Source: Asterias rubens (taxonomy: Eukaryota). Taken from it: a stretch of DNA of 64,000 nucleotides. Within the stretch, counting starts at the first letter, position 1, and each line of letters opens with the position of its first letter. The DNA lies in contig NC_047066.1 of assembly GCF_902459465.1 (NCBI RefSeq), forward strand, positions 20,832,001-20,896,000. The letters run 5' to 3'. This document shows positions 34,121 through 48,200 of this stretch, one piece after another. Position numbers and translations under genes: made by a program. The notes under the pieces are model-generated. The model made no database searches and was not told the DNA's origin. It saw only the letters and a program-made list of their open reading frames with translations.

Positions 34121-36234
34121 GTGTACTATACGCCTTTTGGCAAGGCTTTCGTGGCATAAACAGTTGAGCGACTGGCTCGGTACGCGCGCAAGTCGAGTTG
34201 CGATCGAGTGGCGATCGCGTGCGTGGTCTCCTTTTCCAGTCGCTTGTGGTCGCGGCTCTCCAAGCCAAGGAGGCCTTGGCAACAGGCGTAGGTTGTACAG
34301 TACCTAAAATTGAGGGGACAAAACATCGAACAAATTCCGGGGTCCAATTTCATTGAGCTGCTTATGTAGTAATTTCCACTATTTTACTTTGTGTAAGGCA
34401 GCCTATCTTTTATTTCGGAACTATCTGATACTGTTATTTCCCCTCCCCTTTTTGGAGGGGCGGGTAAAATTATTCCATTCTTCTTTATATATCTGCTGTT
34501 ATGTACATGTTGTTCCTTTTGATACTTATTTTCTGTTCGTTTTTATAACTTTTATATAACAAAAAATACATTTTTAATGGAAACAACAGAATATATTTTC
34601 TTAAAATATGTCAAGTTAATAACAATTTTATATAATTGTATTGTGTCATTATACAACGGAGTTTTTTTTTTCTCAATAATTATTTAAGACGATTACTTTT
34701 GGTAAACTTGTAGAACGACAAAATAATGTTAAAATGAAGTTTACCCCTCCCTCCATCTTCTGGTGTAGTCCCCACACAGCCACTGGATGCATTGATGTAA
34801 CTGTCAGTAAAAAGCAACATGGATGTATCCAAAATGGCGTCTACTGTTATGGCTGCGACTGTTGCTAAGGGTGTTACCAAATACTTTTAAGTGGACGCTT
34901 GATGCCACAGCGATCCAACCGGTAGACCTTGCCATTGTCGGATGCAATTGTGTCCGCCATGCAATACTGTCCGCTCCGGACACTTTTGCATATGCAATCG
35001 TGTCCGGGGCTATGCAAAAACCGTCCGGTGGACATGTACGTGACATAGATATAGAATTATGGTACGTGACTGTACATGTGCGTGCGTAAGCGAGTGTGCA
35101 TGCACTGAAACAATCTTTGACTGAACCTATGTCCGTATAAATGCAACATGAATATTCATGTATTTTATGATTGCAGCGAATACACAACGGCCGAACATTT
35201 CCCATGTCACTCATGACATGCACTTAGCTTGTAAAAAACGGCGAACATGCTCCGTCGACCAAGGGCGTTTAATTTACTGCAAGGACGGTTTTGCACGGGG
35301 CGGACACAACTGCATATGCAAATGTGTCCGCATTATGCAGCGGCGTCCGGGCGGACACGATTGCATGGTGCAAAACCGTCCGGAGGACATGATTGCATAT
35401 GCAATCATGTCCTCCGGATAGTATTGCATAGAGGACATAATTGCATGCGACACCGTGTAGCTGCCAACTTGTCGGACAAGGCCTAACTATTATCGTACTG
35501 TTGCAACCATAACAAAAATGCAATGTCAAAACATAATCTTTTGAAACATAAGCAAAGACTGAACGCCAAGGTGCTCATGGATTTTAGCGAGCCTAAGATA
35601 TTTTCCCCAAATTGGTGTACTTTTATTTCTTCTTGTTGTTTTAATATGGGAAAAGGGTGGGAGAAAAATAACGAGTGGACTCAAAGTGAAAACTCGAAGC
35701 GCCCTCGTTTGAAACGGTTCCGCCTTGTTTTTTATCGTGGAAGATCTGGAGAATGTGTTCAAGACTTGTGACACCTTTTAAATATTATTGTGCGGTTTCT
35801 TTTTTATAATCGGCAACACCCCTGGATGACTATGATCAAATATTTGTTTTGTTTCCCATCGGACTCCGCGCATGACTTTTTATGAGTCATTTCAAATGGA
35901 TAATAAACCAAAAAAGTTTTGTTGACAACTAGTTTAGTATGGTGCCCAACTAGCACGCCAGGTTTCCCCCAGACGTCTCAAAGGTGTGCAGGCTGCAGAG
36001 AGGTGCATGCGGCATGCATGCCATGCATGGCACACACAGCATGCAGAGAAACGAGTGAACAATGTGGCTGCTGCGGATCTCCGAAGGATGACAAGACAAA
36101 AGCGTTCAGAATGTCTTATAAAAATTTCGAAAACCAAGGAGCTACCATTACCGCATGTTGTTGAACGGACAAGTCATACCTACTTGTCTTGTAGTAGTGC
36201 TGTTTTTGTCTGAAGGACTTGTGTCCGCGAAAAC

Positions 36235-39200
36235 ATGGACAAGTCTTCCGCCCTAGTATTTTTGACCCGGCTGACAGTGTTGTTATCATTCGGGGCGAAT
36301 GTGCGTGGTTCCCCCGTGTATTCGTTTGTAAACAGTGATGATGGAGCCGGAGACAACTCGACCCTCGTTGGGAAGCAAGAGTTGCATGGAGTCGGGAACA
36401 CTTCTGCCGTCCATTTACAGTTAATCCAGGTTAGTTTTGACTGTATACACATTGACATTTTTTTTTTAAAGTTCATTCGGGATTTTTTTGGCAGTTCAGT
36501 TCAATTAAAAAAGGGTTTTGATAACTTTTGAATTTGAGTTCAGTTGCGGTTGTTGATTTAAGATTGTCGCCATGACTTGAATCCTACCTAGTCACTTGTC
36601 TGTGAATGAAGCTGTGATTCCTAGAGTGTATTGAAGCATGGTAAGTTTCTTCAGCATTGTGACATTTATAGTCGTCCAGTTTTTGAGAACAAAAAGTGCA
36701 AATCACAGAATCAATGTTTTCAGGATATTTGTTGTCTCCTTGAGACTGAAATTGTTAAATATTATACTAGTTTCTCAAAAACAGCAGCACCTTCTTAGCA
36801 AGTAATTAATTAGGGAAGTTTTCTACATATACCATTATTATCTTTAATGGACGTTTGTGTTTTAATAACACAGTATTTATTTTGTATAGCGCATATTATG
36901 AATTGGCATTCCTCAAAGCGCTTAACAGCAAAATGAAAAGCATTACAAAAGAAAACAAACTTATATATTCACCAATTAAAGCCCCAAACAAATAATTATA
37001 CAATTAGGCCGGACCAGCTGCTACCTAAATGAAACCATGTGTTGCTAGACCCAGTAACTGGGGCGCTGTATACCTTTTTTGAAATTTTGACATAATATCG
37101 GTCATGTATTGGAGGGTAATGTTTTCTAAAAGTTATTTTAACAACAGCTGTGTGCTTCTTACCAAGAAGGCCTAAGTTTTTATGGTATTTGATTTTGGGT
37201 TCCAAAAATAAAATTTACTGTATAAAAGCTTCATGTTTAATTTTTACAAACTTCCTTCTTCTATACTTTCACTCAGTGTACAGATTACCATGGGCTCAAC
37301 GCATCTCTACAGTGTGAGTTTATCCGAGCCACCAACGACTGTCGCATTGATGATGGATTCATTAACTATCTGGAATTTTCTCACTGTGCTTTCCCACATC
37401 AGCTTTTACCGCTTGCGCTTTTCATTCTGGTAAGCTTGGATTGGGATTTCTTCTAAGCACTAGTGCCCAATTACATAGAGCTGCTTAACAGTAAGCAAAT
37501 TTTTATGTTTACTGTGGTGTAACTGTAAGCGCATTTCACGGGTTAGCAAGAAAATTAGGCAACCATGGGCAAGTTTGAGCAGCCACCATTTGTCAACCTC
37601 TAGTCAATGTGCCATTGTTACCTTCGCTTTCAATACATCATGGTACCAGGCAATATTGCCCAATATTATGTTCTCACCTGTACCCATATTGACAATTTGT
37701 GATCATCATGGATTTGCATTGTGACATGATGTATTGGCTAGTATTTGGGTATTCAACATTGAAGTTGACTTATAATGGGTATGCCTTGACTGCAGTCATT
37801 GATTTTAGAATTGTGTAGGCCTATTGTATGCAATTTCTTTTGAAAAGTTGTGTTTTAAATGTAGGCCTATGACTGGCCAATGACTCATCCTTGAGCAAAA
37901 GTTGCTGTTCTGGAAATGTCACCTTGAAATGCATTGCACTATATGTACACTGGTTTTACAAATTAGGAAACTGCTAGGGTTAAAAATGCTAATTGTGTAG
38001 TGCCACACTTTGTCCACACACAGTGTGGCACTCTTTATGCATATTGATGAAGTACCCATGATAAGAAGTGCATGCATATACTTTGTATTGTGCACTCCTT
38101 TTCTGCGCAAAGGTTGATTTCTTCACAAAGAAGGTCAATGAAATTTTAGTGTTTGATGCAGTATAACAATTTCCTCTTCAGCCCATCCTTGACATGTATG
38201 TACTTGAATGAATCATGGATTTCTGCCTCCATCATTCAATGAAAGGCACAGTGATGTATAAATCTAAATAAAAAAGATTATTGCTAAAAAAGAACTTAAA
38301 ACGGGTACAACAATCTAGGTTGTTTGTTCTATACAAGAGTAAATTCATTCACACCCTCTAGTTTCAATGTATGTCTAAAAGGGCTTTTGCATTCTTGAAC
38401 CCACCTCAACTCATATCGAGTATGCAGTATCGGCAGCCAAATTGGCACACAGGTTACCAATTATCAAAAATCTCTACCCTCTTACAGACTGTACCCAGTT
38501 CCTCCTGGGTGGAGTGAAGGAATTACAGTTGGAGTGTTAACTCTTTTGCCCATAAACACAAGTGTCACACTCTCAGCCTTGAATTAACCCATAGCACCTA
38601 GAGCAATGGGAGACTTTCTGGGACGATAGAGGGCAGCAGACTTACCGGGTAAATCCATTGTTCTCAGAATTATGCGCATGTTCAGAACTACGTAAACAAT
38701 GGAAATTTACCCGGTATGTCTGCTGCCACCTAGCGTTGGAAAGTCTCCTATTGCAGTGGTGCCCTGTGCTTTTGGCATGGTACCCTTTGCAAAGTTCCAA
38801 TACAAACTTACATTTTCCTCATAGAGGTGCCCCGTACCAGAGCAAAACTGCCTTGTCCCTTTAGAGAAAATGAAGGCATGCACTCTGACGAGAACTAATT
38901 CAAATTTGATATTCTTATAACCGCCCGAAAAGATATCATACAAACGACCTGTAATATATATGTCAAAACTGATTGGCAAGTTAAAATGGGAACAAGCTTG
39001 ACTTTTTTGGGATAAATATAGTTTCGCTCTAGCCTATAATTGCCCCTGTACATACATTAAACGACTATTATAGTTTAGTTGTGTATTTAAATACACCTTT
39101 CTTTTCTCTTCATTTCAGTTTGTCTGGCTGATTTTCCTGTTTGTTTCATTGGGAATAACTGCAGAAGATTTGTAAGTATTGATTTTGTTTGTTCAAGTGT

Positions 39201-42200
39201 TTTAAGTGTAGTTAATTTAGTTGATCCTCTCATCTTAGAGTGTGGTATTGTGTTTCTGCTCAAGAAGCTTACATTACTACTTAAAAATGTTTACTCCAAG
39301 AAAGGGTTGACAACTTTTTCTCGAACCAGACGCTTGTTTCAACCTGAATGTCTTTGTTTATATACAAAGGTTTATTTGCTAAAGATTGATAAAATAACTT
39401 GTATCAACCTATGGTCATGTGTTTTATTGCACGCGCTGTATTTATAATCAGCAAACACTGCAAACTATAGACTCTGTGATAAATGAACAAGTTAAAGGAA
39501 CACATTGCCTTGGATCGGACGAGTTGGTCTTCAAAAAGCGTTTGAAACCGTTTGTTATGAAATGCATAGGCCTATATGGTTGGAAAGACGTTTTAAAAGT
39601 AGAATACAATGGTTCACACATATTTGCCCTGAAATTGCGTGGTTTTTCTTTTACTGCGTGAACTAACACGGTCGGTCATTTATGGGAGTCAAAAATTTGA
39701 CTCCCATAAATGGCCGACCGTGTTAGTCAAAGAAAACCACGCAATTTCGAGGCATATTTGTGTAGATCATTGTATTCTACTTTTACAACATCTTTCTAAC
39801 CATAATGATTTTATAACAAACGGTTACAGAACGCTTTTCAAGGACCAACTCGACCGATCCAAGGCAACGTGTTCATTGAAAGGCCTTTGTATGATGAGTC
39901 AGTCAGACCCCAGCCTGATTAATGCCACATACACAATGTAGTTGAAGCAGTTGAAGGAGGGTCCTTACAATAGAGGGACAAAAGGGAAAATGCAAAGAGC
40001 AGAACCCAAGGTCCAAGCACCACATTGTAATGTTAGTCTAGACCAGATTTAAAAAACAACAACTTCGAGCGGCATTTTTGAGTAAAAGTTGGTAACATAC
40101 CTGATTTAACTCATTTGGGGGTGCTGAATCTGAACATGATGGATACCAAGGCTAATTTCTAGTCTTTTACCCTGAAAAATCACATTTAAAACAGTACAGA
40201 AAACCTAGCAGACGACGGACTTCTCACATGAAAAATAGTCAGGTTCTGCTGTGGTTCCATATTGATGTTGTCAGGATACCATACAGGGCAGGTACCCGGG
40301 TGCAGGTCAGGTATCCGTAACAAACTTTTGAGTGTACTGGATAGATCTGCAATCAAATTGCACTTTCAGAGGGACCAACAGGCGCTTTCAATGTCATTTT
40401 GAAAGTATTTGAGTTAGTGTTTTTTCTAATAAAGAGTTATTTATTATTTGAACATAATTTCTCTGTGTTAAAAGCACAAAACCGTTGATTATTTTCTCTT
40501 ATAATGTAGGCCTATATACACTACTTAAACAGGTAGGCCTACCAGGTGTAGTCTAGACTCAACAATAATACTTCATGGCTTGAAATTATCCGACTAGTAA
40601 AAAAAAAATTAATTTTAAAGGATTTTAAAGTAACTAATTTTTCGATTACAATTCTCCCTCGTTTTAAAAAGTATTCTCCACAGTTTACGAACCAATCTAA
40701 CTGTTGTAGGCTAACAATTGAAAAAATCCAGTTTGTTTGTTTGTTGGCAATATAACGCATTGTTAGTCAGGGTTGTACACACGGACAAATTTCACACAAG
40801 AAGACGATAGTAAGATTCAGAAACAAAGGACAACAAAATATGTATCCCCTCCATTGATAAAGCAATCCAACCCTCTCTTTTCAGCTGGGTGTGAAGAACA
40901 AGGAAAAAACAAATATATATTTCTATTCATTATTACCGCTCAATCCACAAGTATAGACTCCTACTTTATTTTTTTATACATGTCAGCTTTTTTTGTGTCA
41001 GAATAGTTCAAGATACTTAGAGTGCGAAAATCAAGCGATATTTTGAAGTGTTTCAGTTTGATGTCACTTAATATGTACCAATGTATATAAATTATAAACA
41101 AATGTTTTGTAGTATTTGGGCTCCCATCACAGTCCTTACAGAGACATTTCTATAAAAGAAAATACAAAATTAATAGTACACAACACATTGCAATTCGATT
41201 GAATAATGACTTGCGCGAAAACACAAATCATCATGCAGTGGACTATCATTCAGGAAACTGATAAGCAAACATATAATTTTGTAAACATGCCAATTTCCTT
41301 TGGGGAGATACAGTTACATGACATTACAAAAATGCCTCTATGGAATCGATGCATCAAAGCATTCCATTCAAGCTGATATTTCCCAAAATCCAATAGTGTT
41401 TTTCCTAAAATTAACCTGATTTAATGTTATGTTATGATAGAAGTATACCGGAGAAGGTATCCTTGTAGTACTGAAACAACACTGAAACACACGTACAACA
41501 GCTTGATGCAAGGAGTCATCTTCTTTTCAGTGTATGTCATCCTTTCCAGCATCCACTTAAACCCTATACTATAACATGTACAGAGTCATCTAAATCAAAA
41601 ATCACATACTATCACATTGCAAAGAAGTCCACTGGGTATTAGACATTTTTACGATTAGGTTAATTTTTAACTTACTATTTTCATTTTTGGGGGGTTTAAG
41701 ACTGTTTTTGAAGCGACGGATTTCACAAAGAGTTAAGACTAGTCTTTTCTCGAGTTAGGACCAGTTACTCGTCCTAACTTAGTACAAATTTTAAGCTTTT
41801 AGTATCTCCTATCAACCCCTGTCCTAATAATATGCTGTAGGCCTTTTTTTTTTTACTAGTGTTTATAAAAACTTTTCTTTTCTTTTAATTTACTTTCAGT
41901 TTCTGTCCTGCGCTGACTGCTATCTCTAAGTCTATGAAGTTGAGCCAGAACATAGTCATATCCTTTTAGCATTATATATAACTGATTGCTGAGTCTAAAT
42001 TACGGTTATTGTGAATGTAAGACAAATGTTTCTGTGACGGGCAGAAAAAAACATAATTGTTTATGTTTCATTTGTGACTTATTCATACATCTACCCTGTA
42101 TGAAGCGCCCCCAGCGGTGGCTTGATTTTCAAATTCATCCATTTGGGTTATTCTACTCTTTGATGTCAGGAGAAAGACCCGTCTTTAAACTTCCATGTTA

Positions 42201-45200
42201 TTTCTCTGACTCGTTTTTGTTTTTGTTTTTTTATGTTATGCAATTCGCCAGACACACAAGGCCTGAAGGCCACTTCAAGGTGTGGGCTACAATTATTTGT
42301 TCCACCTGTTCTTAGGGCTGAAACAGGGTTACCCCTTTTACAGTCCATACAGTCATCAATCAGAAGCTTGGCTGGTAGAAAGCACTACTTCCCCAACTTT
42401 ATGTAGCAAATGTCACGACCGGGATTCGAACCCACACTCTGCTGACTGAACACCAGAGCTTGAATCCCGTGCTCTTAACCGCTTGGCCATGACACACCAC
42501 AAGATTTGCTATTAATAAAGGCTGCTGACATGAGATTTAGAAATGGATTCCGCATACAATGTATCTTAACCGGTCACACTTCCTTAACCTTTTCTTACGG
42601 TGTTACATTCCTTGCGTTCGGTAACGGAGCCCCTGATATCTTCAGTGCAGTTGCAGCCATCACTAATGCCAAGAATGGAGATGCTGGTCTTGCTATTGGT
42701 GCTTTGTTTGGTAAGACCCTACAGATATTGGGTGCGTTCGATTATGTTCCCCGGGTCGACCCCGGTCTGCCCCTGGTCAGTTCAAATAGCTTTGACGTCA
42801 TTCCAGGGGCTCACCCAGGTCAACCCAAAGTGCCCTGCTTGTGGAATGAGTCACGTGGGCCAATAAACTCACAACTGTACAAGTGTGGCGGTCCTGTGTT
42901 TTTTAACAATAACGCCCCACTGCATTTTTCATTTAAACTGAGAAAGGTTGTCGTCATGGTCGTGCAATAAAGGACCTCGCCTTCAGCTCGGGCCTTTATC
43001 GCAGAGCTTCGATCCTGCCGGTTTTAAACTGCCGGTTTTAAGAACTTTTTTCCACTCTTTTATTCCCTTAGTTAAACATATTTGTTTACTTCACTCATTT
43101 AATTCCTTCTTGATCTGTTTGTGTACGGGTATTTCTTTTTCTCTGCTTGTAATGCGAAGTAGAGTTTAATAATATAGGTATTGCGTAATATAAATGTCCA
43201 TTGGTATTATTATTATTATTTTTAGTAGTAGTAAATATCAGATGTTTGTTGTCTTTTCCAGGTGCTGGTGTCTTTGTCACCACAGTGGTCACAGGCTCCG
43301 TCTCTATAGCCAGGCCCTTTGAACTAGCTCAGAGACCGTTTTTAAGAGATGCAATTTTCTACGTTGGTGCAGCCTTTTGGACTTTTTATATTTTGTACAC
43401 GGGAGAAATATGGACTGCAGAAGCTGTAGGTAAGGCTATGTGGCACCAAGGCAATGACCAGGGGGCATGGAGGCAATCGCCTTTGTTGCCTCTGTGAAGT
43501 ATCAGCCCTGCATTAAATAATTATAAGGATTTAGCTTTGAAAGTATTCTTTCATCTCCTTTCTTCTTTTTCCCCCTTTAGGATTTATCCTGCTCTACGTT
43601 GGTTATGTTTTAGTCGTTCTGATTGGTCGGAAATTGTACCAAACAAAGTTGAAACCTAAAGTAGTACGCCTCAGGCCGACTGTCTCCATTGGGACTAACC
43701 AGGGTAAGTAAAGCACTGGTTTTTAAGGTTTTCATATAGCGCTTTATCACACCCGAGGAACGTATCAAAGTGCTCAGTATTTTTTTCCTGTATTTTGTAT
43801 GTCGAGCTATAGTTTGAAGTATGAGACCTTTCCCTTTATAGCACCTTGTAGGGTTAACGAGTGATGTGGCACAATATGCAGCCAATCAGACCACGCCAGG
43901 GCAAACCCCTTCTTTTTACGATAAGTGCACTGGGATCTTTAACTTAACTGCAACAGGATTTGAACTTGCAGTCTTCAGACTGGCAGTCTGAAGGCTCTTA
44001 ACAAATATCTGTTTCAGTAAATGGCCAGTGATCAACCAATAGTAACAGCTGTTTGCTATGACTTCAAAAAAACGCACCTTTACTGAGCCATCCAGCCCTA
44101 AAACGTTTTTCTCTAAAGCTCTTGACTGCAATTAGAAAAATTCTGTTTATTTTCCTACAGATTTTTCTGAAAATGAAGGATATTCATCTTCGCCAGAAAC
44201 AGATGGTTTTGGGTACGGAGCTATCTCGCAGTATGTTGGTGACAGATATAAACCTCAAGACACTACAAAGGTGCCACATCATCCCACAGGTATCAGTGAC
44301 AATATTTCTTCCCCCAGGTTGTCAATAAGCCTGGGCAACTACTGCGACTAGTTTCGTAGTCAGGACTGTTGATGGCTTAATCGGGTCGCGACTACTACAA
44401 AAATAATCGCCACTCTCACTCTGTCCTCTGTTTCAGGCATTTCAGAGGCGTTGTTAGACACTGAACAAGTCGTCTGCGCATCACTTCTGGGAGAGCAGAA
44501 TACAGCCATTGCTGGACAGAATGGTCTTCCAGATTTTACCAGGCAGTACCGTCCAAGTGGTAAGAATAAAAATGATTAGTAGGATTCGAAACTTTGCATG
44601 GTGGAAATACGATAGGGAAATTAGTGAGTTGGGGCGGTTCTGAAAAGAACCGTTGGTTTCAACTCTTACTAATAAATGATGATAATGGGTGCGTTCGTTT
44701 AGCTTCCCTGGGTCGACTCAGGTCTGCCCCTGTCCGATCGAATAGCTTTGACGTCATTCCAGGGGCTCACCTGGGTCAGCCCCCAGTGCCCTGCTTGTGG
44801 AGTGGGTAACTTGGGGGCTTGTAACACCATGTAATGACTATCTCTAATGAGTTGGGGTTGTTCTGAAAAGAACCGTTTGTTTAAACTCAACGTTTCGATC
44901 AGTATGCTCTGATCGTCTTCTGGAGAAAATAAAAGTTTTCTCTAGAAGTCGATCAGAGCATACTAAAAAGAACCGTTTGTTTTACCTTGACGTTTCGATG
45001 AGTATGCTCTGATCGTCTTCTGGAGAAAATCGTCTTCTGGAGAAAACTTTCATTTTCTCCAGAAGACGATCAGAGCATACTGATCGAAACGTCAAGTTTA
45101 AACAAACGGTTCTTTTCAGAACCACCCCAACTCATTAGAGATAGTCATTGCATGGTGTTACCGCAAATCTTTCTATATGATATTAACATAATATAACCAT

Positions 45201-48200
45201 TCTTATATAGGGCATATCACTGTTAGGTCTCTATACGTTGCAAGTTTTTTCCTACATGCTGAAAAGGTTCATGTGGAGCTGCATGTTGAAGTATGAAACC
45301 AATTCTTTTATATAGCACCATAATGGTCTACAAGGTGCTGTGGCACAATATACAGCCAAACCAACCAGAAACACTGGGGCGAACCGAACCCATTTTACAC
45401 AACTAAAAAACAATTACGTGCATTCACAAAACTTTGCATCCCATCTGAAGGTCGAAGCTGTGGTTAAGTTTATTGCTGGAGGGCACAAGTGTCACGACTC
45501 GGACTCGAACCCACACTCTGCTGATCAGAAACACCGGAGATTGAGTTTGGTTATTTTAATCGCTCAGCCATGACTAGCCACTAAGGTGGTTTTCCCTGTC
45601 ATTTTTGTGTGCAGATGAAAGCAGTGGTAATCAACCTTTATTAGACGGAGATAGTGATGAGGGAAGTGAGACTGGTTGTGCATGGAAGTGTCTGGTAGGC
45701 TTCTGGGATGAGGTCAATTGCCTACTACGAGGCATCAACCCCATTGGTGTTGAAGACTGGAAAGATAAATCTGTTGTCGGCAAAATTTATGAAATATTCA
45801 AGGTATGAATAGAGTATTTGAGTATTGAAGGTGTTGAGTAGAATAGCGCCCTCTAGTGACCATGTTTGGTTTACATACTTTACTCTGAGTCATGTGATAC
45901 TCTAGTAAATGGTACAAATAGATCTTCACTCCCTTTTCAGAACTGAGAAGTCTCTCAAAATTCGAAAATCTACTCCAAATATAAAGCAAGAACATTTAAT
46001 CTACCTGGCAAGTAGAAACACCCATGGTGTTACCGCAAACCAAATAAACATTGATACCTCACCATGCAATGCCCCAAATCCCATATAATAACAGTTTTTA
46101 TTTTTATTTGTCTTGATATAGTCTCCGCTCCAGCTGTTACTTCAATTGACAGTCCCGATTGTGGACCACACTGAAGACAAGCACGGTTGGAATAGACTCC
46201 TCAACTGTCTGCAACTTATCATTGATCCACTGTTTTGTTTACTTGTTACAAAGAGTGAGTATTATCTTTGTTTAAGGGCACTAGACACTTTTGATTATTA
46301 CTCAAAATATATTTCTTAGCATAAAAACTTACTTGATAACGAGCAAAGGAGAGCTGTTGATAGAATGAAACATTGTGAGGATGGACTCCCGTGTCATCTT
46401 TTGTCAGGTGCAGCTGCAAGCCCCCAACCCATACAAACACCTACCCCCATTTATTACAATGTATGCTCTCTCCTGTACACAGAAACATCAAGGGTATTGG
46501 TGGGTGACTTCTTATTTAGTCATTTTTTGTCAGGTGAATCTGCAAGCCCCAGCCCACATGCACCTACCACCATAAACAATGTATATATACTCTCCTGGTC
46601 ACAGATATAGGGTATTGGTAGATGTACATGTAGCTTCTACTTTTGACGGGGATTGGCAAGTGACTTCATATTTAGTCATTTTTCGTCATGTGCAGTTGCA
46701 ACCCCCCATTCCTAGACACACATATACCTCCATTTATTACAATTTGTACTCTCTCCTTTACACCGATATATCCAGGGTATTGGTATGTTTCTTCTACATT
46801 TGTCATCAGGTGCAGCTGCAACCCTTACATGCACCTACCCCCTGTATATTACAAGGTATTCTCTCTCTTGTACACAGATATATCCAGGGTGCTGATAGGT
46901 AACTTCTACTTATGGCAGCTCTTGTTGGGCGTAGGATTTATTTTGGCACTAATTGTCTTCCTGACTTCCAAGGCTGACCGGCAGCCCATTTACCACTGTG
47001 TAAGTTGACCCATAATTTGTTAGCAGTAATTTTAGTCTACAGCAGACCCCTTTTATAACATGAAGTGCTACAGGCTCGCTGAGGTCGTGCCTATGTTTTT
47101 ATGCACAAAGAATAGCCGTCATCCAATAACTTGCCTCCTTTGGCCTCAGTGAGCGTGCTTTTTGGCCTCATTGAGGGCGCTTTCGACCTCATTGAGGGCA
47201 CTTTTTGAGAGAGTGGCGTCATATGCAAAAATTATATTCAGGCATAACAATTTTCAGACATTTACTTGAAATCAGACCATCTAAAGCCCAGTTCATACTT
47301 CCTGCAAATGCTAATGGTTACGAATGTTGACGTCACAACTTCGCAACAAAAAATCAGCTCAAGAAATATTGCGTTTTGATCTCCTTTTCTTGTGCTGAGG
47401 ACACTATACCCTAAAGTTTTTTAAATCTAAATCCTTGGGGTTAACAAAAGGTGGATCCCTCTGTATTTCATTAAGGTAATTTATTAAGATGGAGACCACC
47501 AACATAGGGCTAGATAGCTTGCTCATTCCCAAACCAAGTTTGTCAAACCCTGGTTTGAGCGTCTGAAGTTTTATAATATATTTATATTATTTGTTCTCTT
47601 ATAGGTATTTGCATATGTTGGATTTATTGTGTCAGTGCTTTGGATCTACTCCACAGCTAATGAGATTGTTAATCTCTTACAGGTCAGTGCACGGAAAACC
47701 TCGTCCTAAGTTTTTTGTGTCATTTCACAGGGTTTTTTTTTTTGGGGGGGGGGGTGGAGGAACGCTGCAATAGCACCCTTAAGAGTCCTCTTTCCCATTC
47801 TGAAAATTGTGTGGCTATGCAATCTTTAATTTGTTATGCAATTATTTTTCTGAAGGATCGCAAGCAACAAGTCGTCATATGAAAGAGTTAACTCAATACG
47901 AAATTACAAGTGTTTTGGAGAGATCCTCTGACATCTTAAGAGTTGTGAAGATTTTTTTTTTAGGATGATGAAAATTGGAAATTGTTTTACCCACAGATGT
48001 ATGGCTCTGTTTTTCACCTGAGTAATGCAGTTCTAGGTTTGACGTTATTAGCTTGGGGTAACAGTATAGGAGGTGAGCAACCTTTACACAATAGTCTTAA
48101 ACAATTTTGAACACTGTGTATACCATTTTGGCGAGATACCATACTAATACCAGCAGATACTTTCAAAATTTGGTTATTTGTTAAGCTATGGCCTTACAAT

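Noticed and set aside
33697-34353. Antisense and alternate-frame ORFs with [15 protein letters not shown] or SGPYW repeats
   Set aside because: They are by-products of the stop-free 24-bp coding repeat. Only the frame continuous with the spliced TM exon is supported.
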